Shown piece by piece: positions 9,259 through 19,006 of a DNA stretch of 32,050 nucleotides. Position 1 is the stretch's first letter. Each line of letters opens with the position of its first letter. Under the pieces are notes generated by a model that saw nothing but the letters and a program-made list of their open reading frames with translations, ran no database searches and was not told the origin of the DNA. Source of the stretch: Chitinophagales bacterium (GTDB lineage: Bacteria > Bacteroidota > Bacteroidia > Chitinophagales > Chitinophagaceae); NCBI GenBank assembly GCA_964203125.1, contig CAXNMZ010000001.1, positions 1 through 32,050 on the forward strand, given 5' to 3'. Made by a program: the position numbers and the translations under genes.

Positions 9259-10410
9259 ATGAGCAATAAAAATAATTTAGGGACCAAATTCATTCATGCA
9301 GGTGCGCATCCAGATCCAAGTACAGGCGCCATTATGACGCCAATTTACCAAACCTCTACTTATGTACAATCCGCGCCTGGCGTACATCAGGGCTATGAAT
9401 ATGCAAGAAGTCAAAATCCTACAAGATTCGCTTTAGAAGAAGCATTTGCAGTGATTGAAAATGCAAAATTTGGATTGGCTTTTGCAAGTGGTGTGGCAGC
9501 AACAGACGCTGTGATGCGCTTACTAGTTCCTGGTGACGAAGTGGTTGCAGCGCATGATATGTATGGCGGGTCCTTCAGGTTATTTTCAAAAGTGCATGAG
9601 AAGATGGGCATCAAATTTATTTATGTAGATACTTCTGATGTCAATAATGTCGCAGCTGCGATGACAGCAAAGACTAAATTAATTTGGGTAGAAACACCTA
9701 CCAATCCTTTGATGAATATTACGGATATCGAAGCGGTATCAGCGATAGGCAAAAAACACAACTGCATTATATGTGTAGATAACACATTCGCCTCTCCATA
9801 TTTACAAAATCCATTGGATCAAGGTGCCACCATTGTGATGCATTCTGCTACTAAATACTTAGGAGGTCATAGTGATGTGATTCAAGGTTGTTTGATGTTG
9901 AATGATCAAGCACTAAGAGACCAATTGTATTTTATACAAAAAAGTACAGGCGCAGTTCCAGGACCGCAGGATTGTTTTTTAGTCTTAAGAGGTATTAAGA
10001 CATTGCATGTAAGAATGCAAAGGCATTGTGAGAATGGTGAAAAAGTGGCTGCTTATTTAAGACAACATCCAAAAGTGGCAAAAGTATACTGGTGTGGCTT
10101 TACAGACCATCATAATCATGATATTGCTAAAAAACAAATGCGTGGATTTGGTGGGATGATGAGTTTTGTATTAAAAGACAACAGTGTTACAGCAGCCACC
10201 AAAGTATTGTCAAGTACAAAGATATTTTCATTGGCCGAAAGTTTAGGCGGTGTAGAATCTTTGATCAATCACCCTGCAAGTATGACCCATGCATCTATTC
10301 CTCGCGAGCAAAGAATTGCCAACGGACTAGCAGACGGCTTAATTCGTTTAAGTGTAGGGATTGAAGATGCCGAAGATATCATTGCAGATTTAGCACAGGC
10401 CATTGGATAA
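9259..10410 (+). CDS. Cystathionine gamma-synthase/gamma-lyase (PLP trans-sulfuration enzyme)
   Basis: PIYQTSTY, YARSQNPTR, ETPTNP, VDNTFASP, HSATKYLGGHSD, AESLGGVESL, RLSVGIE. Confidence 0.93.
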   Translation: MSNKNNLGTKFIHAGAHPDPSTGAIMTPIYQTSTYVQSAPGVHQGYEYARSQNPTRFALEEAFAVIENAKFGLAFASGVAATDAVMRLLVPGDEVVAAHDMYGGSFRLFSKVHEKMGIKFIYVDTSDVNNVAAAMTAKTKLIWVETPTNPLMNITDIEAVSAIGKKHNCIICVDNTFASPYLQNPLDQGATIVMHSATKYLGGHSDVIQGCLMLNDQALRDQLYFIQKSTGAVPGPQDCFLVLRGIKTLHVRMQRHCENGEKVAAYLRQHPKVAKVYWCGFTDHHNHDIAKKQMRGFGGMMSFVLKDNSVTAATKVLSSTKIFSLAESLGGVESLINHPASMTHASIPREQRIANGLADGLIRLSVGIEDAEDIIADLAQAIG

Positions 10411-11189
10411 TGAACCCTGCAATCAAACAATTACTCGATCAAAAAGTAAAGCAATACAATCATATTGACTTTATCGAAAAAGATCCAATTAGTATACCTC
10501 ATTTATTTACAAAGCAGCAAGACATTGAAATTGCTGCTTTTTTTGCCGCCATTTTTGCTTGGGGCAATCGCACCACCATCATTCAAAAGAGCAAGGAATT
10601 ACTGGAAAGAATGGACAATGCGCCTTTTGAATTTTGTATCCAACACCAAGCAAAAGATCTTAAAAAACTAGGAGGTTTCGCGCATCGCACATTCAAGGAT
10701 ACAGATTTATTGTATTGTATCGCTTTCTTTAAACAACATTATACCACGCAAAAAAGTTTAGAAACTGCTTTTTTCATTGACCAACAATCAGGTAAAAAAA
10801 TAAAAACAGTGGAAGCAGGATTAGTCCATTTTAAAAATTACTTTTTCTCATTAGAGGACGCGCCAGATCGTACCAAAAAACATATTGCATCTCCCGAAAA
10901 TGGATCTACTTGTAAAAGATTGAATATGTTTTTAAGATGGATGGTCCGGAAGGATCAACATGGGATTGACTTTGGCTTGTGGAAAGCCATTTCCCCTGCC
11001 GAATTAATCATACCCATTGATGTGCATGTAGCAAGGGTATCCAGGGCTTTTGGTCTGATCTCCCGTCCTCAAATAGATTGGTTGACTGCCTTGGAGTTAA
11101 CTGATTATTGCCGAACTTTAGATGCAAGAGATCCTGTCAAATACGACTTCGCCTTATTTAGTTTAGGTGTCACAGAAAAAATCAGGTAA
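10410..11189 (+). CDS. TIGR02757 / DUF2400 family protein
   Basis: DPISIPH, AWGNR, STCKRLNMFLRWMVR, PIDVHV, DPVKYDFALF; TAATG overlap with the upstream stop. Confidence 0.88.
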   Translation: MNPAIKQLLDQKVKQYNHIDFIEKDPISIPHLFTKQQDIEIAAFFAAIFAWGNRTTIIQKSKELLERMDNAPFEFCIQHQAKDLKKLGGFAHRTFKDTDLLYCIAFFKQHYTTQKSLETAFFIDQQSGKKIKTVEAGLVHFKNYFFSLEDAPDRTKKHIASPENGSTCKRLNMFLRWMVRKDQHGIDFGLWKAISPAELIIPIDVHVARVSRAFGLISRPQIDWLTALELTDYCRTLDARDPVKYDFALFSLGVTEKIR

Positions 11190-11199
11190 AAATAACCTC

Positions 11200-11511
11200 A
11201 TGGAAAAAGCATTTTCCGAATTAGAACAACTAGGCCCTAGCGATTTAATTGCCTACATCAATGATTGCATACAACATGATTTTAACAAGTTGGTGCAATT
11301 ACTATACCGTATTGATGTATCTGAAGAAAAGTTAAAATATATACTACAATTAAATCCAAATGAAGATGCAGCAAAACTAATTGCAGCAGTGATTGTAGAA
11401 AGATTGGCTGCAACAAAGGCAGCAAGAGCAAGTTTTAGTACGACCAAAAAAATAGATTCATCCGCATCAGAAAATAATGACCAGCATGATGAAGACCTTG
11501 AGCGTTTATAA
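11200..11511 (+). CDS. Small helical hypothetical protein
   Basis: Open frame following TIGR02757; DFNKLVQLLYRIDVSE segment; ATG at 11200 preferred over GTG at 11167. Confidence 0.7.
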   Translation: MEKAFSELEQLGPSDLIAYINDCIQHDFNKLVQLLYRIDVSEEKLKYILQLNPNEDAAKLIAAVIVERLAATKAARASFSTTKKIDSSASENNDQHDEDLERL

Positions 11512-12204
11512 ATCTCCTAACTGAGGACGAAGTACAATATCTTCTACCACAGCTTGCGGACTTAATTGTGTCGCTGCATAAATCATCTTTGCAATATCAT
11601 CTGCTTCCATGATACGATCTTCTGGCACCCCAGAACCCTTCCAGCTATTGGTATAAGTGGCTCCAGGACAAACTGCAGTGACTTTAATCCCTTTGTCTTT
11701 TAATTCTAGTCTTAGGTTGGTAGAAAAACCTAAGAGCGCATATTTAGAAATACTATAAGATCCGCCATGAGGATAGGCTTGTAAGGATGCGATAGAACAG
11801 ATATTAAAAATATGACCTTGTTTTGCTTTGATCATCGCTGGTAAAAGATCACGAGTCAAATGATAAGCAGAAAATAAATTCGCATTCAATTGTGCTTCTA
11901 ATTGTCCATCCGGTTCGTCTTGTAATTGACCAGGTAAAAAATAGCCCGCATTGTTCACCAATACATCCGGGGTGGTTCTTGCTAAAACCCATTCAGAAAA
12001 ACAGTGTACCTGTGCTTGAATAGACAAATCTGCCTGTACAAAGTCCACCTTTACGTTAGGATATGTTTTTTGTAAGGATGCTGCTGCACCAGAGAGATCG
12101 GCAGGGGTCTTACTTGTTAGATACAAATTATGTCCAGCTGCTGCAAAAGCGTTTGCAATGGCAAAACCAATCCCTTTTGAAGCACCAGTAATAATGATAT
12201 TCAT
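11506..12204 (-). CDS. SDR family oxidoreductase
   Basis: TGASKGIG, LVNNAG, catalytic YSISK, CPG; start trimmed to MNIIITG at 12204. Confidence 0.93.
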   Translation of the reverse strand: MNIIITGASKGIGFAIANAFAAAGHNLYLTSKTPADLSGAAASLQKTYPNVKVDFVQADLSIQAQVHCFSEWVLARTTPDVLVNNAGYFLPGQLQDEPDGQLEAQLNANLFSAYHLTRDLLPAMIKAKQGHIFNICSIASLQAYPHGGSYSISKYALLGFSTNLRLELKDKGIKVTAVCPGATYTNSWKGSGVPEDRIMEADDIAKMIYAATQLSPQAVVEDIVLRPQLGDL

Positions 12205-12281
12205 AAATTCATACTTTACTAGATAAAGATAACATGCAAAATGGTAATTTAGCATTTCAATTACCAATTCATCCTATCCTC

Positions 12282-12977
12282 ATGGCCTATAAAGACCTTT
12301 TTTTTGACCTAGATCATACCCTTTGGGATTTCGAGACCAATTCTAAAGAAACGATCCAAGAACTATATACCACGCACCGTTTAGCGGACTTAGGCATTGT
12401 TGATTTTGATGGATTTTACAGCACTTATTCTGCCCACAATCACCGTTTATGGGACCGATACACCAAGGGCTTTATCAAACAAGAAGAGTTGAGATGGAAA
12501 AGAGTGTATTTAAGTTTATTAGATTTTAAAGTAGCCAATGAACCATTGGCAAGGGAAATGTCTCAAGCATATTTAGAGATTCTGCCGAATAAAAAACATT
12601 TATTCCCCTACACCATCGAAATCTTAGACTACTTAAAACAGAAGGACTATAAAATGCACCTCATTACCAATGGATTCGAATCGGTGCAATTTAAAAAAAT
12701 AAAAAACTCGGGGCTAGAGAATTTTTTTACCGAAGTCATTACGTCCGAAGCCAGTAATAGTTTGAAACCGCAGAAGGAAATTTTTGAATACGCTTTAAAA
12801 AATGCGAATGCAAGTGTTGAGAAAAGTATTATGATTGGAGACAATGAGTCGGCAGATATACAAGGCGGGATCAATATAGGAATGGACACTATTTTTGTGA
12901 ATCATATTCAAGTTGTGCCAACGATTCCTGCAACTTATACCATCACACATTTAAAAGAATTGGAAAACATCTTATAA
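12282..12977 (+). CDS. yjjG: YjjG family HAD pyrimidine 5'-nucleotidase
   Basis: FFDLDHTLWDF, ITNGF, KP, MIGDN..ADIQGG; start at ATG 12282. Confidence 0.85.
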   Translation: MAYKDLFFDLDHTLWDFETNSKETIQELYTTHRLADLGIVDFDGFYSTYSAHNHRLWDRYTKGFIKQEELRWKRVYLSLLDFKVANEPLAREMSQAYLEILPNKKHLFPYTIEILDYLKQKDYKMHLITNGFESVQFKKIKNSGLENFFTEVITSEASNSLKPQKEIFEYALKNANASVEKSIMIGDNESADIQGGINIGMDTIFVNHIQVVPTIPATYTITHLKELENIL

Positions 12978-12993
12978 GTAGATACCTATTTCA

Positions 12994-13650
12994 TTACCAT
13001 CTTGCTAATACAGTGACGCCACCTTGCACGGCATCTCCAATTTTGCAATTGATTTGCGTGCCAATTGGTAATAACAAATCTACCCTGCTACCGAATTTAA
13101 TGAAACCATATTCATCACACTGATTGAATGAAGAACCAACAGCCGCGTAATTACATATTCTTCTAGCAAGTGCTCCAGCAATCTGCTTTAATAAAATAGA
13201 TCCCTTTTCATTTTCAACCACCACAGACCATCTTTCATTATCTGTAGAAGATTTAGGATGCCATGCGACTAAAAATTTTCCAGGATGGTATTGGTTATAG
13301 ATGATCTTACCTGCAACTGGCAAGCGATTAACATGCACATTCGCAGGACTCATAAAAACACTGATTTGAATTCTTGGCTCCTTATAAAACTCATCTGGCA
13401 TCACTTCCTCAATCACCACTACTTTCCCATCTGCTGGTGCAACAATCGCCGAAGGGTCCATTGTTAATGTACGATTGGGCATTCTAAAGAAAGATACAAT
13501 GAATAAAAAGAAAGCGACTGTAATTGCAAATACACACCATGCCAACAAAGCACTTATTGGAAATAAATAAGAGAAATTAATTAAATTCAAAACACCTACC
13601 ACAAATGCAATCAAAGCAATCGTAGCTGTTCCTTCTCTGTGTATGGTCAT
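12994..13650 (-). CDS. psd: Phosphatidylserine decarboxylase proenzyme
   Basis: MTIHREG, FFRMP, APADGKV, SVFMSPANVHVNR, QIAG..ARRI, autocleavage site KFGSRVD; start trimmed to 13650. Confidence 0.93.
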   Translation of the reverse strand: MTIHREGTATIALIAFVVGVLNLINFSYLFPISALLAWCVFAITVAFFLFIVSFFRMPNRTLTMDPSAIVAPADGKVVVIEEVMPDEFYKEPRIQISVFMSPANVHVNRLPVAGKIIYNQYHPGKFLVAWHPKSSTDNERWSVVVENEKGSILLKQIAGALARRICNYAAVGSSFNQCDEYGFIKFGSRVDLLLPIGTQINCKIGDAVQGGVTVLARW

Positions 13651-13665
13651 AAATAACAATTTGGG

Positions 13666-13673
13666 CAAAGGTA
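13666..13673 (-). promoter_or_regulatory. Bacteroidota -7 element, internal promoter for psd
   Basis: TACCTTTG on the minus strand in the cdsA-psd gap, 15 nt before the psd ATG. Confidence 0.55.
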
Positions 13674-13679
13674 ATTCAT

Positions 13680-14588
13680 CTAAAAGATAAATTGAAGCAA
13701 TATCCAAACAAATGGACCTGCAAACAAGATAGAATCAAATCGATCTAAGAAGCCACCATGGCCAGGCATCATACTACCACTATCTTTCACGCCAGCCAAG
13801 CGTTTTAATTTACTTTCAAAAAGATCGCCCAAATTGCCCATGACAGATGCTACAATAGTGATCATATACAGGTACTTAGTCGCGATAGGAATAAATTGAC
13901 CAGCAACAGTAGATAAAATCACGACAGATAAAATAATACCAGCAATCGTACCTTCCCATGTTTTCTTAGGCGAGATGGGAGAAATAGGCGTACGACCAAT
14001 AAATGAACCAACGATATACGCCATGGTATCATTCACCCAAACTGTCACAATCACTAAAATTGGTACCATCAATTCTATATTTGGGAAAAACATGGACATG
14101 GCGGAATTTAAAAACATGCCCCTCATGGCGTAAAATAAAGAAAGGCTAATTGAAATATAGATGAATCCAAAAAAACTAATCGCTACATTTTTGACTTCCG
14201 CTTTTCTAGTAAATACATCTGCCACCATCATCAATACAAGGGCTACTGGCATGGCTTTCAAGCCAATCCATCTTAAACCAATTCCTTGAAAATTGGTAGG
14301 CAAAAGATTTTTTATAAAATCGGGCAATACAATATCGGTGGGCGCTAAACTAGTCATCATTAAAGTACCCACCACCAATACGCCCCATTGATGCAATTTT
14401 GAAATTTGGTTATAGGAAGGAAATATATTTCGCATCAATTTTTGGTATTCATACAAACAACCAATTTGTATCAACAAAAACAAAGCAAAATAAGACCAGT
14501 TATTAAAGAGTAGCCCTGCTAACATCATCAACACAAATACGATAGCAGACAATGCCCTTACTTTAAAAACAGAAAAATTAAAAGCCAT
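13680..14588 (-). CDS. cdsA: Phosphatidate cytidylyltransferase
   Basis: NDTMAY, ISPKKTWEG, GDLFESKLKRLAGVKDSG..MPGHGGFLDRFDS. Confidence 0.95.
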   Translation of the reverse strand: MAFNFSVFKVRALSAIVFVLMMLAGLLFNNWSYFALFLLIQIGCLYEYQKLMRNIFPSYNQISKLHQWGVLVVGTLMMTSLAPTDIVLPDFIKNLLPTNFQGIGLRWIGLKAMPVALVLMMVADVFTRKAEVKNVAISFFGFIYISISLSLFYAMRGMFLNSAMSMFFPNIELMVPILVIVTVWVNDTMAYIVGSFIGRTPISPISPKKTWEGTIAGIILSVVILSTVAGQFIPIATKYLYMITIVASVMGNLGDLFESKLKRLAGVKDSGSMMPGHGGFLDRFDSILFAGPFVWILLQFIF

Positions 14589-14610
14589 GAAACCTTTTTT
14601 AAATTTAAAA

Positions 14611-14811
14611 TTAATTTATCTCCGCAATAATACTAAGCGCTTTTTCTTCAAAAATAGTAGGCGTGTATAATTCAACCTCTCCTAAAAAAACGTAAGAAGT
14701 ATCCTGCTTGTTTAACAACTTAGTAGGAATCCCTTGCTCCTCTAAAAGTCCTGCTACCATTGTTGTGTAAGCTAACTGCGTATTACTAAAAATCTTTTTC
14801 CAGTCCTGCAT
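14611..14811 (-). CDS. DUF2007 family small protein
   Basis: 66 aa; WKKIF...GLLEEQGIP...NKQDTSY..GEVELY; overlaps the upstream CPBP gene. Confidence 0.75.
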   Translation of the reverse strand: MQDWKKIFSNTQLAYTTMVAGLLEEQGIPTKLLNKQDTSYVFLGEVELYTPTIFEEKALSIIAEIN

Positions 14812-15700
14812 TGGTGGTCTTTTTTAATTGTTTGAACAAAATAAACAATGCCACTAGTCCAATGATCACCCAATAATAAGTGAGATTAGAGTCCAATACT
14901 TGATCAATTTTTTTTGGATTATTTCTTACTGAATACAAAGCAGCCACACCAATTGCATTGTTGACAAAATGCATGAGTATCGGCAACCAAATGGTTTTTG
15001 TGTAATAATAAATTAAGCCAAGTACAATACCCAATGACATCCTGGATAAAAAGCCAAAATAAGAAAAATGAAATGCACTAAATAAAATAGCAGTGATCAC
15101 TATCGCAAAGAAAGGCTTCCCCGACCAGTCTGTAATTATTTTTTGAAGTGTTCCCCTAAAATACAATTCCTCTACAATGGCTGGCACCACTGCAATGGCT
15201 ACAATAGCTAGTATTAAATCACCAATGGAACGCATTTGAGTCATCGCCATCAATGCTTTTTTATATTGGGCTTCTAAATTTGTTGCCCAATTTCTAATGC
15301 TAGTAGAAAATGTAATTTTATCTGTAAGGTCTCCTAATGCGCCACTTAAAATCAAGCCAGTGAAAGCTAGTAAAATAACAATCCCTACTTGTTTTTCATT
15401 CGTGATGGGCTTGAACCCTAAATTAGAAGCGAAACTTCCTTTGGTAAAATAAGCCACCACTAAAGCTGGCACACCAAAGCCAATAATAGAAGCAAAAGCG
15501 TTGGCAATTTGCGTCATACTGGTATTTTCAGGGCGCAATAAAACAGACTGAATTTCCATAAATGGCACATGCAATGCAGCTGCTACAATCGAAAAAGTAA
15601 TTAAGCCCCCAAGTATCATACTCAATCCAGTCATGGATATAAATAGAACCATCCTGAATCCAGGGCTCATATTAAAAATAGAATTTTCATTAGTATACAT
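14786..15700 (-). CDS. CPBP (CAAX/Abi) intramembrane metalloprotease
   Basis: PAIVEELYFRG, FSAFH, HFVNN; multi-TM. Confidence 0.92.
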   Translation of the reverse strand: MYTNENSIFNMSPGFRMVLFISMTGLSMILGGLITFSIVAAALHVPFMEIQSVLLRPENTSMTQIANAFASIIGFGVPALVVAYFTKGSFASNLGFKPITNEKQVGIVILLAFTGLILSGALGDLTDKITFSTSIRNWATNLEAQYKKALMAMTQMRSIGDLILAIVAIAVVPAIVEELYFRGTLQKIITDWSGKPFFAIVITAILFSAFHFSYFGFLSRMSLGIVLGLIYYYTKTIWLPILMHFVNNAIGVAALYSVRNNPKKIDQVLDSNLTYYWVIIGLVALFILFKQLKKTTNAGLEKDF

Positions 15701-15718
15701 GTCAATGCAATTAATTGG

Positions 15719-15726
15719 TACCTTTG
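15719..15726 (+). promoter_or_regulatory. Bacteroidota -7 element for dusB
   Basis: TACCTTTG 37 nt upstream of the dusB ATG. Confidence 0.6.
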
Positions 15727-15763
15727 CCGGGCGTATCGATTAGATGCAAGATAATGAATTCAT

Positions 15764-16804
15764 ATGGTTTCTATAGGGAACATACAATTACCAGATTTTC
15801 CGCTTTTATTAGCGCCCATGGAGGACGTAAGTGATCCTCCGTTTAGAGCCGTGTGCAAAGACAATGGCGCAGACCTCATGTATACCGAATTTATTAGCAG
15901 TGAGGGTTTAATTCGGGATGCCATCAAAAGCAAACAGAAATTAGATATTTATGATTACGAACGCCCAATAGGGATTCAAATATTTGGTGGAGATGAGGAA
16001 GCGATGGCCTTATGTACTAAAATAGTAGATACGGTAAACCCAGATTTAATTGACATTAATTTTGGATGCCCCGTAAAAAAAGTAGCTATGAAGGGTGCTG
16101 GCGCAGGCGTTTTGAGAGACCTAGATTTAATGGTACGTTTAACCGAAGCAGTGGTAAAAAGTACCAACCTTCCTGTGACTGTGAAAACAAGATTAGGATG
16201 GGATGATAGTAGTTTGAATGTACACGAAGCCGCATTAAGATTACAAGATGTTGGGATAAACGCCTTGGCCATTCATGGACGTACAAGAGTGCAGATGTAC
16301 AAAGGCGAAGCAGATTGGACCATCATTGGTAATATCAAAAACGACCCAAGAATTCATATTCCTATTTTTGGCAACGGGGATATCAATTCTCCAGAAAAAG
16401 CTTTGGAATATAAAAATAAATACGGCGTGGATGGCGTGATGATTGGCAGGGCTGCCATTGGATATCCATGGATCTTTAGAGAGATCAAACATTTTTTAGC
16501 AACTGGAGAAAAAATGAAATCTCCTTCCATTGAAGAACGTGTAGAAGTAGCAAGAAAACATTTAATAAAGTCTTTAGAATGGAAAGGGCCCATTGGTGGC
16601 ATCAACGAAATGCGCAGACATTATGCCAACTACTTAAGAGGCTTACCAAATATTAAAGAATATAGAAATCAATTGGTGCGCATTACAGAGCGCGAAGGCA
16701 TCGAAACGATATTAGATGAGATCAAAGAAAAATTCAAAGGCATGGAAATTGACTCAGGTAAAATTGTATTAGAGAACTACCACGAGCATTGCCCTATCGA
16801 TTAA
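15764..16804 (+). CDS. dusB: tRNA-dihydrouridine synthase B
   Basis: LAPMED, YTEFIS, QIFG, DINFGCPVKKV, TVKTRLG, IHGRT, GNGDI, MIGRAAIGYPW. Confidence 0.95.
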   Translation: MVSIGNIQLPDFPLLLAPMEDVSDPPFRAVCKDNGADLMYTEFISSEGLIRDAIKSKQKLDIYDYERPIGIQIFGGDEEAMALCTKIVDTVNPDLIDINFGCPVKKVAMKGAGAGVLRDLDLMVRLTEAVVKSTNLPVTVKTRLGWDDSSLNVHEAALRLQDVGINALAIHGRTRVQMYKGEADWTIIGNIKNDPRIHIPIFGNGDINSPEKALEYKNKYGVDGVMIGRAAIGYPWIFREIKHFLATGEKMKSPSIEERVEVARKHLIKSLEWKGPIGGINEMRRHYANYLRGLPNIKEYRNQLVRITEREGIETILDEIKEKFKGMEIDSGKIVLENYHEHCPID

Positions 16805-17450
16805 TAGCATCAACGATTTTTGCATCCAAAGGATCCACACTCATTGGAAAATAATGTGTCAATACACCTTGTTCATTGATTAAGTATTTACAAAAATTCC
16901 AAGCAGGCACTTGATTGCACCAGCCATTTAAATTGGCTGTACTTAACCAAGTATAGACTGGATTCTGTTCATTCGATTTCAACACCACCGACTTAGACAT
17001 CAAAGGAAAACTCACCCCATAATTTTTTTGGCAAAAAGCAGCAATGGCTTGATCGTCTTTTGTTTCTTGATTTTTAAAATCATTGGCAGGAAAACCTACC
17101 ACAACTAAAGACCCAGCAAACTGTTTAGATAATTTTTCTAAATTTTCATATTGACCAGTATATCCGCAATCACTCGCTGTATTCACAATCAACACTTTTT
17201 TTCCTTTGAATTGCTCAAAACTAAAAGCATTGCCTGCAATATCTTTTGTTGTCAAACTATAGAATTCAATAGTCCCTTTTTTCATTTCTGTATTCGCCTG
17301 TACTTGCTTAGATCCAGCTTTTCCTGATGACCACATAATTGCAGGATAGATCGTTTTTAAAATAGATTGACGATAGGTCATATCCTTTTTCTTCATCAAT
17401 AATGCAGCGGTAACCAATACCCCCACTGCAATGGCTATTTTAATGATCAT
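16794..17450 (-). CDS. Cys-type glutathione peroxidase family protein with N-terminal hydrophobic anchor
   Basis: VNTASDCGYTGQY, GFPANDF, WNFCKYLI; N-terminal IAIAVGVLVTAALLM; start at ATG 17450. Confidence 0.92.
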   Translation of the reverse strand: MIIKIAIAVGVLVTAALLMKKKDMTYRQSILKTIYPAIMWSSGKAGSKQVQANTEMKKGTIEFYSLTTKDIAGNAFSFEQFKGKKVLIVNTASDCGYTGQYENLEKLSKQFAGSLVVVGFPANDFKNQETKDDQAIAAFCQKNYGVSFPLMSKSVVLKSNEQNPVYTWLSTANLNGWCNQVPAWNFCKYLINEQGVLTHYFPMSVDPLDAKIVDAINR

Positions 17451-17487
17451 ATTTTTATTTTTATTGAGGTGCATTTATGATATTCTG

Positions 17488-18855
17488 TTATCCAATTAAT
17501 CTTTTTAATAACCAAGCCTTGCCTTTATAAGGCGGATATTTAAAACTAGGGTCTATCCAAGTAGGTGTTTTTAAAACCGACTTGGTATGCGTAAACGTAT
17601 CAAAACTTAACTTACCATGATAGCCTCCTGTTCCGCTGAAACCCCTGCCACCAAAGGGTAAATCATGATTGGTAATATGCATCGTGGCATTATTTACACA
17701 AGCACCACCAGAAGGCACATTGGTTAACCAATAAGCTTCATCGGCTTGATTTTCAGTAAACACATAGAATGCCAATGGGTTTGGATTTTTTTGAATAATG
17801 GCCAAGGCTTCTTCTTTGGATGCATAAGTAAGGATAGGAAGAATAGGTCCAAAAATTTCATCCTGCATAATTTTAGCATCTGCATGAACACCCGTTAAAA
17901 TAGTTGGTTCAATAAATAATTTTTCTCTATTTGATTTTCCTCCATACACAATTTCACCGTCCCCTAAATAAGAAGTTAAACGCAACCATTGTTTTTCATT
18001 AATAATTTTACCGTAATGTTCTGAGTTTTCTGCATCCGCTCCGTAAAATTTTTGAATGGCAATGATTAATTCTTTAATGAGCTCATCCCTTAAATGAGGA
18101 GGTACTAAGATATAGTCAGGGGCAATACACATTTGACCACAATTAGAAAATTTAGGATTGGCTAAACGGCGCGCTGCTACTCTTAAATTGGCATCATCAC
18201 AAATCACTGCAGGGCTCTTTCCGCCTAACTCTAAAGTCACGGGCACTAGTTGTTCAGCTGCTAATTTGTAAATTATTTTTCCCACCATGGTGCTACCCGT
18301 ATAAAAAATATGATCGAACCTGTTTTCTGTAAGTAATGGTGGAAGCACCGCAGCGCCTTCCCCTTCTAAATACAACATATAATTATTGGGAAACAAATCA
18401 GCAATCATCTTGCCCATCACCGCTGCAGTTGCTGGTGCAAACTCACTTGGTTTTAAGACCGCACAATTCCCGCCTGCAATCGCGCCAATCAATGGCGTAA
18501 ATAATAATTGAAAAGGATAGTTCCAAGGAGCAATGATACAAACCACGCCCAAGGGCTCTTGAATGGTAAAACTAGAAGAAGGCATATTCACCAAATTAGT
18601 AGCAACCGATTTAGGCTGCATCCATCCTTTCAAATGTTCGATGGTATAATTTAATTCACTTAAGAAAAAACCTACTTCGGTCGCCCAAGCATCTTCATCG
18701 GTTTTTTTTAAATCGGCATACAATGCTTTATACAATGCTTGCTCATTATCAAGCACCAACTGCTTGAGTCTTTTAAGTTGCAAAAGCCTAAATGCAAAAG
18801 GCTGGGTCGCCCCTGACTGAAAATATTGTCTTAATGCTTCTAACTGTGTATTCAT
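17488..18855 (-). CDS. Aldehyde dehydrogenase (ALDH3/fatty-aldehyde-like)
   Basis: PWNYP, KPSE, YTGS, LELGGKSP, GQMCIAPDY, EIFGP, PFGG; start trimmed to 18855. Confidence 0.93.
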   Translation of the reverse strand: MNTQLEALRQYFQSGATQPFAFRLLQLKRLKQLVLDNEQALYKALYADLKKTDEDAWATEVGFFLSELNYTIEHLKGWMQPKSVATNLVNMPSSSFTIQEPLGVVCIIAPWNYPFQLLFTPLIGAIAGGNCAVLKPSEFAPATAAVMGKMIADLFPNNYMLYLEGEGAAVLPPLLTENRFDHIFYTGSTMVGKIIYKLAAEQLVPVTLELGGKSPAVICDDANLRVAARRLANPKFSNCGQMCIAPDYILVPPHLRDELIKELIIAIQKFYGADAENSEHYGKIINEKQWLRLTSYLGDGEIVYGGKSNREKLFIEPTILTGVHADAKIMQDEIFGPILPILTYASKEEALAIIQKNPNPLAFYVFTENQADEAYWLTNVPSGGACVNNATMHITNHDLPFGGRGFSGTGGYHGKLSFDTFTHTKSVLKTPTWIDPSFKYPPYKGKAWLLKRLIG

Positions 18856-19006
18856 AGCTTCAAAAATGTATAGCAATTTAAACTTTAATCCCCAAACCCA
18901 TGCCAATTTATGCGTTCATAAAAATAATTTCAGCATATGGCCAATTTTTAATAATTTAACCTACTTAAAAAACCAAAGGAGTGCCGCTCCTTTTTAAACG
19001 ATTGCT

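Noticed and set aside
11506-12977. Apparent head-to-head overlap of the SDR and YjjG ORFs
   Set aside because: It disappears with the motif-supported starts at 12204 and 12282.
16794-17450. Selenocysteine glutathione peroxidase
   Set aside because: The active-site codon is TGC (Cys) and there is no in-frame TGA.
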